64,000 nucleotides of DNA from Octopus vulgaris (taxonomy: Eukaryota): NCBI GenBank assembly GCA_951406725.2, contig OX597820.1, positions 107,508,001 to 107,572,000 of the forward strand, given 5' to 3'. Of this stretch, positions 13,697-26,169 are shown piece by piece (position 1 is the stretch's first letter; the number at the start of each line of letters is the position of its first letter). The notes beneath the pieces were generated by a model. It made no database searches, had not been told where the DNA came from, and saw nothing but the letters and a program-made list of their open reading frames with translations. The translations under genes were made by a program, and so were the position numbers.

Positions 13697-14596
13697 CTAT
13701 TTTTGAAAATTTTGCTCTCCCACCAGACTACAGAAAGTTTTCTCAGCCTATAATCATGAAATATAGTTGAACTATTGCTCTTGTAGTTCTAAACCCTAAA
13801 TAAATCCAAACAATGTTATTGAAACTAAACCCCCCCCCCCCCATCTTGCTCTAGCATCTTTACGAATCCCTTTCAACTAATCTCATACATTAATCTGAAC
13901 CTTTTGTAAACTCATCTCTTTTATACAAACCTTTATTGTAGTTTATAATAACACTGCTCTGCCAGTCATTACTTAATTAATGTAGAAGCTTGTAGAGTAT
14001 GAAACCTGGTACATTTAGCATCCCTGTAACTATCGTAGATGAACTTACAGCTTTTAGGTCCCTAATTTCATAATTAGTGATTTCTGTGGTAACCTTAGTA
14101 GTTACTGCCTTTGTTGGGTTCTACTCAAAGAAGATTTTCACTATATGACTCAAATTCCTTGTTGAATAACCATTAAGAAAGATGCCAATGTCATTTTGAA
14201 CAGACTTCTTTCCAATGATTTAGCATAATTCAAACCTTTGGTCTTCCCAGAATATATACAAATTTTGATTCTTTTCTGTATTCCTGGCTGTCTTCTCTCT
14301 TATCCACTTGAAAGAAATCATTATTTTCAAACTCATAGCAACAAATGTAAAGTGTAAGTGATAAGCTTATAATTAATTAAGAATACTCTATAGTTTTTGT
14401 AATAAACTAAAGGTATGGTCCAGTCCTATAGTGAACTAAGAATCTAGCTCAGTTTTGATTCTTTGCTGAAGTTTTACTTCTGCTTTGTTGCTAAAATCAC
14501 AATATTTATATTGTTTCATGATATCCTATTTTCTTTAGAGTTTTGTACCTAGTTGAAAGAAACCAATATTTTAAAATTGCTTTTTTTGTTTTGTAG

Positions 14597-14704
14597 ACCT
14601 GTGCAATACACGTTTTAGAAGACCCTAACATTTATGTAAAGTTTATTTATGATTTGGAAACATGCATGTTTAAAATTCAAAAGCCAGAAAAATGTGTAAA
14701 AATG
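14597..14704 (+). CDS. IFI30: GILT coding exon 4 (TCAIHVLEDPNIYVKFIYDLETCMFKIQKPEKCVKM), not in the ORF track
   Basis: ttttgtag acceptor, 36 open codons, GTAAGT donor at 14705. Its second codon supplies the last Cys of the GILT signature at exactly Nx4C spacing. Confidence 0.9.
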
Positions 14705-16479
14705 GTAAGTATTTGTAATTTTGATCTCTCAAATATATTTTTTCTAGAAACAACTTCAGTTGCAACTATCTAGATTATACTCTTAATTTCAGCACCGTTT
14801 TACCTTCTAAAAGTAGAGAGCATCCAAGTTTCTATAATATTTAGTGAATAAGTGATGTTTATTATTCCAGACAGAATGTAAGTTCATTACTCTCGGAAGG
14901 TTAGAATGGTGAACTGGCTGAATCATTACCATGCAGGACAAAATGCTCAACAGTATTTCTTCTAGCTCTTTACATTCTGAGTTCAAATGCAGCCAGGGTC
15001 AAATTTGTCTTTCATCTTTTTGGGCTCATTAAAATCAGTTGGTTCCTAGGATTGATGTAATTAGCATTTCTCTTCCCTCAAAATTATTAGCTTTCTGCCA
15101 AAATTAGAAAGAATTATTCTAGGAAAGTTTGGGCTCAGGATCAGAACCCCTATAGCAAACATCCAGATTCCTACTAAATAGATCTGGAATTTTATTTTTC
15201 ATATTCTAAAAGTAATGAAAGTCCAAATAGACAGCTGGAAGTTAACCATTACAACTTTCAACCCTAAATTAGTTATTCATAATAGTTCTGATGTGCTCCC
15301 TTGCCTTTATACCACCCATTCTATATAAATTTTTCTTTCTTGTTAGAGAATCAGAAAATGTCCATATATATTAGAGCTTATATATGCAATCGCTATGGCA
15401 AGATTCAATATAGTAAATATTTTAAAAATGTGATATGTTACAGAGGGTTTTGGAGGAAATAATATAACTAACATTTCAGTTAAAGTCTTTTTGTTTTTTA
15501 CTACATTTAGGTTTAGTTTTATGCAATGATTTACTAAAACTTTGTTGCTATGTTTTTACAAAGTATATATTAATGTTGTGCTAATTCAAGAGAGGTTAAA
15601 CAAACAGCTAATAGTAATGTGAACAAGTAGGGTAGATAATCTGGAAAAAAAATTCATCAATTCATCAGAATTAACATGCCATTAAGGAAAAATCAGTTTG
15701 CTTATGTGGTGGGAGGTCTGGAGACAAGAGGATAGATGTGAACATTCTGTTTGATGTAGACTGTTTAGCAAGTTCCATCAAACATTTTGCATCAAAATTG
15801 AGGAATGTCTACCTGAAAGCAGACATTCTAAGAAAATACGCTGACTTTTTGAAGATAAATATATCATGGTTACATCAATTTTCAACTCCAGTATACTGAT
15901 ATTCTGCTGATCTGAAGAACTAACCTTGTATATCTGCATTCGTTTCTAAAATGTACAATAATATTATGCAATTTATAGTATACAAACTAGTGCAGACATG
16001 TAAAATAATTCATTATTTTCACATGATGTTGGCTGTGAAACAATCATCATCCTATGGAAATCAACTGGTGAAATAAATATATTCATCTTAGGCCTTCTGA
16101 TTTTCTTTATATTCTATATACACTTTATGAAATAATTTTCACTGATTGGATATACTGGATTTCAACTGCATAGGACTCTACATTATACCTATGTATTGGT
16201 TTACTATATTGTTTGTAGCTGAGTCTACTACAGAAGCTTCTTTTGTGATTACTACTGGATTATATAAATCCATATATTGTGCATCAAATTTATATAAATG
16301 TAACGGGTGAGATTGATTTGTGAACAATATGATGTGGTGTCGAAGTCAGCAGTTGTGATGATAAAAGTTGTTATAACGCATACTGTAAGATGTGAAAGAT
16401 GAACAATGCATGAAGTTTTAACCAGCCCACTTATGCGTACCTTTCCTTCAGTGGACACTAAACTCTGCCTGCGATGACC

Positions 16480-16975
16480 TGTCGCGGCAAGTGAAATCGA
16501 AATCAAATTCGATGACTGGCATCTGTGCTAATAGAGCGCTAAGAGTACCATACAAGCGTGATCGTTAGCAGAGCAACAAGCTGGCCTCCATGCCGATGGC
16601 ACGTAAAAAGCACCATTCGAGCGTGTTCGTTACCTGCATCGCCTTACTGGCATTTGTGCTGGTGGCACATGAAAAAACATTCATGCAAGGTCGTTGCCAG
16701 TGCCACTAGACTGGCTCCTGTGCAGATGGCACAAAAAAAGAACCATTTGAGCATGGCCCTTGCCAGTACTGCCTGACTGGCCCTCATGCCGGTGGCATGT
16801 AAAATCACCCACTACACTCTCAGAGTGGTTGGCGTTAGGAAGGGCATCCAGCTGTAGAAACTCTGCCAGATCAGATTGGAGTCTGGTGCAGCCATCTGGT
16901 TCGCCAGACCTCAGTCAAATCGTCCAACCCATGCTAGCATGGAAAGCAGACGTTAAACTATGATGGTGATGATGA
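16480..16975 (+). mobile_element. RTE-family 3'UTR / non-autonomous derivative
   Basis: ggcacgtaaaa sub-repeats, gttaggaagggcatccagctgtagaaa, and a (GAT)n tail, shared with the element at 6642-8155. Confidence 0.75.
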
Positions 16976-17122
16976 TATATATATATATATATACATACTT
17001 ATACATATATATGAAAAGGAATATCAAAAATGGGACAAGAACACAAAACATCCAGACAGACGATACAAAAGCCTTGTGAGTGGATTTGGTAGACGGAAAC
17101 TGAAAGAAACCCCTCGTATGTA

Positions 17123-17173
<51 letters not shown>

Positions 17174-17440
17174 AAAATCCAAGGAAGGGAAGACAGAGGA
17201 AAAAATATGCAGCATATTTCAATATGTGACCATGTGTTTATCGTTGGCAATTTTTTCCTCTGTCTTCCCTTCCTTGGATTTTCCTTTTTCTATGTTTCTG
17301 AAGAAGAGCTCTGCTCAATAACTTAAATCCTCCTTCTTTTTTTCCTTTCCTGAGCGTCCAAGAACACTATACTTGTTCCATGTCTTCGCATTGTTGTGTT
17401 TTCTCTTTGTTCATGTTTGGATTAACTATATATATACATG

Positions 17441-17518
<78 letters not shown>

Positions 17519-17527
17519 AATTGATAT

Positions 17528-19050
17528 CATCATCATCATTTAGTGGCCGTTGTCCATGCTAGCATTGGTTGGATGGTTTGACCAGGGCTTGCAAGCTGGA
17601 AGGCTGCACCAGATCCCAATCTGATTTGGCATGGTTTCTACAGCTGGATGCCCTTCCTAACACCAACCTCTCCAAGAGTGTAATGAGTGCTTTTACATGC
17701 CACTGGTATAGGTGCCATTTGCACAACACTGGTATCTGCTGTGACTGCAATTTTACTTGGCTTGATGGGTCTTCTTCTCAAGCATGGCATAATGCCAAAG
17801 GTCTCAGTCATTGCATCCATGAGGCCCAACACTCGAAAGGAGCTTTTCACGTGCCATAGCCCATGTTTCACTGCCGTGTAGCATAGCTGTTTGTACACTG
17901 GCATCATACAATCTGCCTTTTGCTCCAAGAAGAGGCACTTTGTTGCCAGCAGAGGTAGGAGCTCTCTGAACTTTGCCCAGCCTATTCTTATTCTCACAGC
18001 TATGCTCTCGGAGCATCCACCTCCACTACTAACTTGGTCACCTAGATAACAGAAGCTACCTACTACCTCCAGCTAACCCCACTGGCAGTTGTAGTCTGTT
18101 TTCTGTACATTTTCAGTGTTTATTGTAGCTGTGCATCTTCCACACACAAAAGCTATTTTCCTCTTAACCTTTCTCTGATATTGCTGCACCTCTTACATGT
18201 CCAAAGCTTACACCAGGTACATCTTATGGAGTTTCTACATATCAAGCAGGAAATCTACCTAAAGAGATTTGTTAATTTTCTGCCTTCCTATTTACTAAGA
18301 CTTTGGTTTTTGCTAGGTTAATTCTAAGACCCTTCAATTCTAGACTTTGCTTCCATATCTGGATCTTCCCTAGTTCTTGTAGTGATTCTGCTATAAGAAC
18401 AAGGTCAACAGCATAGAGGAGCCCCCTGGGGCAGCCTGTCTTGAATTCCTCTGTTATTGCCTGGAGGACTATGATGAACAAGAGGGGCTGAGGACTGATA
18501 CTTGGTGAACCCCAACTTGTACCCTGAATTCTTTGCTGTACTCATTGCCAGCCCTCACCTTACTGGTAGTGTCCTTGTACATGGCTTGTACAGCTCTCAC
18601 TAACCACTCGTCTATCCCTAGTTTCCTCATTGACCACCAGATAAGGGATCAGATGACTCCTGTCAAAAGCTTTCTCCCTGTCAACAAAAGCCAAATACAA
18701 AGGTTTATCTTTGGCTAGGTATTTCTCCTGCATAAACCAAACAGCATCTCATCCAGCCTAACTCTCTCCCTAATTAGTTGGGCTATGACCCTCTCCATAA
18801 CTTTCATCACCTGATCCAACAGTTTGATACCTCTGTAATTATTTCTAACTGAAAGCATCACTTTTACCTTTGTAACAGTTGACTATGGTGCTGCTACACC
18901 AGTCATTGGGTATGACTCCTTTGTGAACCACTTAATTTACAATACAGATGACTAGACCATAACCCACACCATCAGATGTTTGAAGCATCTCAGCAGTGAT
19001 TCCTGATGGGCTGGGTGTGGGAGTGGGTGGGCTTTCCCTGTCTTCATATC
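17528..19050 (-). mobile_element. RTE-clade LINE, degenerate, in GILT intron 4
   Basis: FIIVLQAITEEFKTGCP, RIRIGWAKFRELLPLL and MLHGSETW motifs, with a (GAT)n tail at 17528. Confidence 0.85.
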
Positions 19051-19196
19051 CTTAATTATTTTATCAACCAAGGCATTGACTGTGAACTTGCTCTAGTCAT
19101 TAGGGAAATTGATTGATTAACATTGACATGTTTGACTTTATTTTTGTGCTCATAGATGAACTAATTATATTGTTGTCACCTTTTTTTACCTTTCAG

Positions 19197-19409
19197 GTTA
19201 TGAAACACATAAGTAAAAGAGATAACCTGATTGCATGTGCTAATGGAACAACTGGAATCTATTTAGAACACCAAATGGCATTGAAAACTAATGCTTTGCC
19301 TCTTCCACCCATGTATGTTCCTTGGGTCACTCTTAATGGTGTTCATTCAGAACATATACAAAGAAAAGCAGAAAATAATTTGACAGATTTGATCTGTGAA
19401 ACATACCAA
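19197..19409 (+). CDS. IFI30: GILT coding exon 5 (VMKH...IACANGTTG...YVPWVTLNG...LICETYQ)
   Basis: tttcag acceptor, 71 codons, GTTAGT donor at 19410. Contains the YVPW(V/I)xxNG and LIC..Y motifs. Confidence 0.93.
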
Positions 19410-19642
19410 GTTAGTATTTAAAATTGCTTATCGTTTTCGTTTTCCCTTTTCTTCATTTTAAGTCAGTTAGATTGAAGGTTTGTGTCCATTTTAGACAGAA
19501 GAGTATGATTTGTGGACAGTTTGACTCTTATTTCTAGCAACTTGAGTAATTACCATTAAGAGGATGTAGACCAAAGGTCAGCAGTGAGTGAACCACTGAA
19601 GTGTTTTCTCAGGGCCTCAGACCTTTTCTTATAAAAATTTAA

Positions 19643-19842
19643 CCCTTTTGTTGCCATATTTATGCTGAAATATATTACCTTTGTTCCAATTATTGCAAAA
19701 ATAATGAAGAATTTATTAAAATAATTAAGTTGATGTCTGGAATTTAAACTAACATGAAATTTTGATGGAAGGTTTTAATTGAGATAACTTTATTTGTATC
19801 ATAGAACCAGGGGCAATCTCAGGCAGGTTGGTATCAAAAGGA
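19643..19842. mobile_element. piggyBac-like MITE with TTAA target duplication
   Basis: TTAA|cccttttgttgcc ... ggtatcaaaagga|TTAA. Confidence 0.65.
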
Positions 19843-21033
19843 TTAATGTATTTGTGGGCCACTGAGCAATTGATGATTTTTAGATGGTCTTCTGTGTCAT
19901 GGTTTCTTTAATTTTTGTTTACATAAATATTGCCACTCATGAAAAAGTAGGTAATAGGTGATGTGTAGAGGTATTTTCATATGCAATAGATATCATATAT
20001 ATGTGGCCCATTGGCCACATGTAATAAAAATATGGACTGTTGGTTGTCAGTCTCTAATGTAGAAATTATTGAAAGTTGGTAATGCATACATTGAAGTAAA
20101 AATGGTAGCCTTATAAATAAATATGCTTCTTCTTTTAAAAAAACACACTAAAAACAAAAACTAGTTGTTTGGTTAAGATGCTAGGCATTAGTTCAAACTT
20201 TGCTATAACCATCAAGGCAAGAATATCACTTTGTTTACTTCTGACTAATTGGCTGACATCCAGCTTTCCAACTAATAAAGCATTTACTCCTGAATGAATT
20301 AATGAAAGATACCTCCAGCTTTCTGTCTTATAAGGCATTTACGCTTGAATAAATTAATGAAGGAAACACCCAGCTCTCTCTCTGATAAGACATTTACTCT
20401 TGAATCAGTTAAGAAGAGACATTCAGCTATCCAACAGATTTACTCCTAAATGAATTAGCAGAGAAATATCTACATAATTGTTTGACTGGCTCATTTCTAA
20501 CATCTTCAGACTAGGAACCATGTAAAAAAAACCTTATAACAGGGAAAATGTGAATATCAGAGACAAGATGGTCATGGTTTGAAATAGATTGAGCTTTGTT
20601 TCAATGAACATGTTTTCTAATTTGCTAAAACCATCCCACCTGAGCCAGTTGATAGAAATAGATGGCAAGCAATATAAAGATATTTTTGTATTACTCAAAG
20701 CCAAGTTTTGAGTTCATCTTGAAACAAATTTTTGATATTAACATCTTTCTTTTCTTTCCAGACCTATATTTCAATAATTAAAATTTGTATGATTAATTAA
20801 TTAATCAATTAATTAATTAAACCATTTTTTGTTGGGGAAATGAGAATTATATAAAGCAAAGTTTTCAGGTAAAAGATGTAAACCCTCTCAGACAAGGGAG
20901 ATCAGTTTTAAAATGTAAAAGTAAACATTTCTCAATAGAAAATAAATTGATTTAGATTATTTTATTACATTTTCACAACAATATATTTATATTTTTATTT
21001 TTATTTAATTTTTATTTCTATCTTTTAATACAG

Positions 21034-21078
21034 GGCAAGGACAAGGAAAAGTACTGCCCTGGTAGAGTTATCAGCTGA
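21034..21078 (+). CDS. IFI30: GILT terminal coding exon (GKDKEKYCPGRVIS*)
   Basis: AT-rich acceptor ending atacag at 21033. Restores the Y-x-G-x6-C GILT C-terminus. TGA at 21076-21078, AATAAA at 21085-21090. Confidence 0.82.
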   Translation, partial: GKDKEKYCPGRVIS

Positions 21079-21786
21079 AAGTAAAATAAAAATTAAAAAA
21101 TAATTTATATTTTTTGTCTTTTGTAAACCAAATTTTGTTTTAAAAAAACTGTTATCAGTCAAAAAAAAAAATCAATTGGAACAAAAAGAAAAAAAATTGT
21201 TGACAAAAAAAATCTTCAAGGCAGTGCTCCAGCATAGCCATAGTCTAATGACTGAAACACGTGAAAAATAAAAGATAAAAGATAGGAAAATCATAGAATT
21301 AAAATTTTGTGTCCTAAATCTTTCATTTTACACCTTTGGAGGAAAATAAGAAAATAGACAAACTACCCAGAGTTTTTATTTTTTCTCACTACCTTCAAGT
21401 AAGGTAATATTTCCTCATAATCAGACATATTTTTACAGAATACTAGAAACAAAGAGCACCACTTGCATGACACTGGCACTCCTTTACAACCAGCGTGCAA
21501 TGTTAAGGCAAGAAGACAGTAACACACGACAAGTTTCTTTCAGTTTTCTATATCACTTTCTCAAGGTGCCATGCAATAGGACTGAACCCAGGACATGTAG
21601 TTGAGAAGCAAACTTCTTACCACACAGCCAAACTTGCACCTATATGGCTCAACCATCATCAGTGATGACAATGGTGACATATTTATACATATATATATGT
21701 ATATACACATACACACACATGTACCTAAATACACACACACAGAAATGCATATATACACCAGATATATATATATACTCTTTACTCTT

Positions 21787-22170
21787 TACTCTTTTACTTG
21801 TTTCAGTCATTTTGACTGCGGCCATGCTGGAGCACCGCCTTTAGTCGAGCAAAAATCGACCCCGGGACTTATTCTTTGTAAGCCCAGTACTTATTCTATC
21901 GGTCTCTTTTGCCGAACTGCTAAGTGACGGGGACGTAAACACACCAGCATCGCTTGTCAAGCAATGCTAGGGGGACAAACACAGACACACAAACACACAC
22001 ATATATACGACAGGCTTCTTTCAGTTTCCGTCTACCAAATCCACTCACAAGGCATTGGTCGGCCCGGGGCTATAGCAGAAGACACTTGCCCAAGATGCCA
22101 CGCAGTGGGACTGAACCCGGAACCATGTGGTTGGTTAGCAAGCTACTTACCACACAGCCACTCCTGCACC
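21787..22170 (-). mobile_element. tRNA-derived CORE-like SINE, full length
   Basis: Reverse complement of the SINE at 63367-63750, with A/B-box-like head and tactctttt tail repeats. Confidence 0.85.
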
Positions 22171-22384
22171 TATATATATATATATATCTACTCCACCTTC
22201 GAAACGTGGAGTAGATGAAACAAAGGCGACTGAAGAAGGGGAATTTTCCTTGTTTTGTATGTCTTGTACTCTATTTTTTCGTTGTTTAAGAAAAATGTCT
22301 ATTTCCTTGGTTTTGTGTTTATGTTTTCGTTTCTCATTGTGTTCGACGTTTTTTTGGTGTCCTGTACCCATATATGCATGTATA

Positions 22385-23660
22385 CGAGGGGCGTTCAATA
22401 AGTAATGCCCCTGACCCACTTCCCATAGCAGTAGAGCAACGAAACTTGGCACAGTTATTAGTCTTTTTCTACATAGGAACCACCCAGAGTTACGCATTTC
22501 TCCCATTGTTTGATGCGGCTCTGGAGACCGTTTTGTAGAAGAACCCAGCTTGGTCCTCCAACCTCAACGTGACTTCAGAAATCAAGGCTGCATCATCTGG
22601 GAAACGCTTTCCTTTCAAAAACAACTTCATGATTGGGAAGAGGTGAAAATCAGAGGGTGCAAGGTCAGGAAAGTAGGGGGAATGGGAAGGAGTTCATAGC
22701 CATACGCCTGTGCTTCTGATCTGGCGACAAGCGAGTTGTGGACCGGAGCGTTGTCCTGCAGGAGGAGGATGCCTTTGTTGATCTTGCCCCGCCTCTTGAT
22801 TTTGATAACTTCTCTTAATTTCTTCAAAAGTGAAGCATAATAGGCTCCTGCAATTGTGGTACCCTTTGCCAGGAAATCTGTCATCACTACTCCGTCCTGG
22901 TCCCAGAAGACTGTGAGCATGACCTTGCCAGCGGAGGGCTGCACCCTTGCCTTCTTTGGAGGGGGTGAGTTACGGTGCTTCCTCTTCATTGACTGGGATT
23001 TGGTCTCTGGATCATCGTGATGGACCCAATTTCATCCTGTGTAATCAGTCTTTTGAAAAATTTTGACTCATCTTCTTGGCACATCTCCAAATTCACCCTC
23101 GAGCACTCGACGCGTTCTTGCTTCTGGAAAGGTGTGAGCAACCTGGGAATCCATCTGGCCGACACCTTTTGCATATGCAAATGGTCATGAATGATAGTTT
23201 CCACAGACCCGGTACTAATCTTGACCTCATGGGCTATTTGGCGAATAATTATGCGTCGATCTTCCAAAATGGCAGCCTCAACTTGACGGACAGATGCCTC
23301 ATCAATGGCAGAAGGGGGCGACCAGATCTGGGAGCTGTTTCCACAGAGTTCCGACCATGTTTGAATTCACGATGCCAGCGTTTTACAAGGTCATATGATG
23401 AGGCATCATCACCATAAGTTACTTTCATTTCATCAAAAGTCTCCCGTGGAGTGCGTCCTTTCAAATACAAAAACCGGATCACTGCTCGACACTCAACAGG
23501 ATCCATTTCACACTTGACTCAGTTCAAACGCCTGTAAATCAGAAACCACAATTAATTCAGAGCTGTAATTTGCCACTTACTCTATAGAGATATAAATGAT
23601 TGCACATGCAATCAAACAACTGCAAGTGGGTCAGAGGCATTACTTATTGAACGTCCCTCG
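22385..23660 (-). mobile_element. Full-length mariner (irritans/Himar-like) with frameshifted transposase
   Basis: TIRs cgaggggcgttcaataagtaatgcc / ggcattacttattgaacgtccctcg, flanked by TA. Transposase pieces 23506-22500 carry WIPRLL, ITQDE, SAGKVM and QDNAPVH. Confidence 0.93.
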
Positions 23661-23752
23661 TATATACATGTAGGGGTAGGTATGTACATATATGTATGTA
23701 TATGTGCATATGTTTTATTTATTTATTAATTTATTATATATATATATATATT

Positions 23753-23897
23753 ATTTCAAACAGTCTGATTCCGTTCTGTACTACTTCAAACTTCCATAGG
23801 ACTCTAACAGGAGTCTTACTCCTTCAGGCCTGAAGGAGTTGAGCTTCTGTTAGGGGCCCACAAAGTAGCACAGAACTGAATCCAACTGTTTTAAATA
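23753..23897. repeat. Imperfect ~145-bp foldback with a perfect 22-bp central palindrome
   Basis: actccttcagg|cctgaaggagt at 23818-23839; the outer arms pair imperfectly. Confidence 0.75.
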
Positions 23898-23970
23898 CAT
23901 GTAGCACCTATGAAATGTATTGAGTGTTCTTTTCTTTTGTTTGTCCACTCATTCATGTGTGTGTGTATAT

Positions 23971-24192
23971 ATATAATGTTGAAAGATTTAAAAGGACAAA
24001 CAATGCAAATGGATTTTAAGATGAGGTAACGTAAACTGAAAGTAAGTTACCTGGTAATCTTTGGTCTTATACGTATCTTATATTGGATACATATAAGACC
24101 AAACATTACCAGGTAACTTACTTTTAGTTTACGTTACCTCATCTTAAAATCTATTTGCATTGTTTGGCCTTTTAAATCTTTCAACATTATAT
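23971..24192. repeat. Foldback with 107-bp arms and an 8-nt loop (MITE-like)
   Basis: 23971-24077 is the reverse complement of 24086-24192 with about 5 mismatches counted by eye. Confidence 0.9.
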
Positions 24193-24242
24193 TCCATATA
24201 CAATGCTTCAAAGCAAGCTATAAAATCTTATATATATATATG

Positions 24243-24680
24243 TCATCATCATCATCATCATTTAGTGTCCGCTTTCCATGCTAGCATGGGTTGGACGGTT
24301 CAACTGGGGTCTGGGAAGCCAGAAGGCTGCATCAGGCCCAGTCTGATCTGGCAGTGTTTCTACGGCTGGATGCCCTTCCTAACACCAACCACTCCGTGAG
24401 TGTAGTGGGTGCTTTTTACGTGCTACCCGCACAGGTGCCTGACGGGGCTGGCAAACTGCCACGGACGGATGGTGCTTTTTACGTGCCACCAGCACAGGGG
24501 CCAGGCGAGGCTGGCAATGGCCAGGAACGGATGGTGCTTTTTATGTGCCACTGGCACGGAGGCCAGTCAGGTTGGCGCTGGCAACGGCCATGATCGGATG
24601 GTTCGCTTACTTGTCACCGGCACTGGTATCACAGCTGCAATCTCCATTAATGTTGATCGACTTCGATTTTGGTTCTGCTT
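24243..24680 (-). mobile_element. RTE-family 3'UTR derivative
   Basis: (CAT)n start, ggatgcccttcctaac, and tandem gtgcttttacgtgccacc units. Confidence 0.75.
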
Positions 24681-24734
24681 TCTGATATCTGATTTGATTT
24701 GATTTGATTTTGATTTTGATATATATATATATAT

Positions 24735-26094
24735 ATATTGTTATATTTCGGAATGGTCATATTGCCAGTTTAGCCAATAAAAACACACGCACTATATATT
24801 TGGTGTTATTTTGCTTCAGTGATATTTATTTTTTACATTAATCTTAATCTTATTTCGGCCAAAGTTCTTTTGTCACACTCCTGTGACCGCATCAGTGGTC
24901 CTTTGTTTTCTTCTCACTTACTTGTGTCTCTCCTTACTAACCGTCAGCCATTTTGTATTTCTATTGTATGTCTTCATTTGCGCATGCTTATATCTCTATG
25001 TGCGTCTATGTTTATTTAGTGTGTGTGTGGGGGGGATGCCTGTAATATTTGTATCTTCTGGTTATATACATTCTTGTAATTTGTATTTTGTTTTTGTTGT
25101 TGTTGCTTTTGTTCTAATTTTGTTCATGTGTTTACATCCACCCATTATTATCATTACATATGCTTGTATGTATGTATGTATGTATAACAACAATATTAGT
25201 AATAATAATAATAAATCTAATCGAAAAAAAAAAAGAAAAAAAAAGAATATACATATACATATATATATATACATACATATACATATACATATATATATAT
25301 ATAAATATATACACACATATATACACATATACATATACATATATATACACATATACATATATATAGATATTCATTTCTATTTCTTTAATTACCCGTGTAT
25401 TTATTATGTTTGCAGGATCCACTATTGTCATATGTTGTGGTGTGCGCTATTGCTCCATTCTAGTTTTCTATTCAGGCTAGGTTTATTTTCTATTATATGT
25501 GTAGCTTCTGTAATTTGTCTAATTGTTGCATCTGTTCTATGTGTGGACAATATCTTAATCTCTATGTTATTGATTGATCCCCCGTGTTCTTGTTCGGCGT
25601 GTTGGTACAGAATCGATTAGATTTATTATTATTATTACTAATATTGTTGTTATACATACATACAAGCATATGTAATGATAATAATGGGTGGATGTAAACA
25701 CATGAACAAAATTAGAACAAAAGCAACAACAACAAAAACAAAATACAAATTACAAGAATGTATATAACCAGAAGATACAAATATTACAGGCATCCCCCCC
25801 ACACACACACTAAATAAACATAGACGCACATAGAGATATAAGCATGCGCAAATGAAGACATACAATAGAAATACAAAATGGCTGACGGTTAGTAAGGAGA
25901 GACACAAGTAAGTGAGAAGAAAACAAAGGACCACTGATGCGGTCACAGGAGTGTGACGAAAGAACTTTGGCCGAAATAAGATTAAGATTAATGTAAAAAA
26001 TAAATATCACTGAAGCAAAATAACACCATATATATAGTGCGTGTGTTTTTATTGGCTAAACTGGCAATATGACTATTCCGAAATATAACAATAT
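24735..26094. repeat. Long inverted repeat, ~490-bp arms (24735-25224 and 25613-26094) around a ~390-bp spacer; Penelope pseudo-LTR-like
   Basis: Arms are nearly identical; the ORF track gives the same peptides on opposite strands. Each arm holds a hammerhead-like fold. Confidence 0.92.
25928..25972 (+). ncRNA. Minimal type-I hammerhead-like motif (A9C variant)
   Basis: GGACCA-CUGAUGCG-GUCAC(AGGAGU)GUGAC-GAAA-GAAC-UU^UGGCC. The mirror copy at 24857-24901 (-) has GAAA changed to AAAA. Confidence 0.5.
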
Positions 26095-26169
26095 CTGTTT
26101 CAACACATGACTTCACATAAAAAATCTTGCACAACAAATATTTAAACGTACTATATATATATATATAGC

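Noticed and set aside
22190-22250. gaaacgtggagt ... ctgaagaagggg as a type-II hammerhead
   Set aside because: No stem I can be formed; at best these are split pLTR fragments.
24410-24620. Regularly spaced gtgcttttacgtgccacc repeats resembling a CRISPR array
   Set aside because: Degenerate sub-repeats of the RTE 3'UTR; the spacers resemble each other, the context is eukaryotic, and there are no cas genes.
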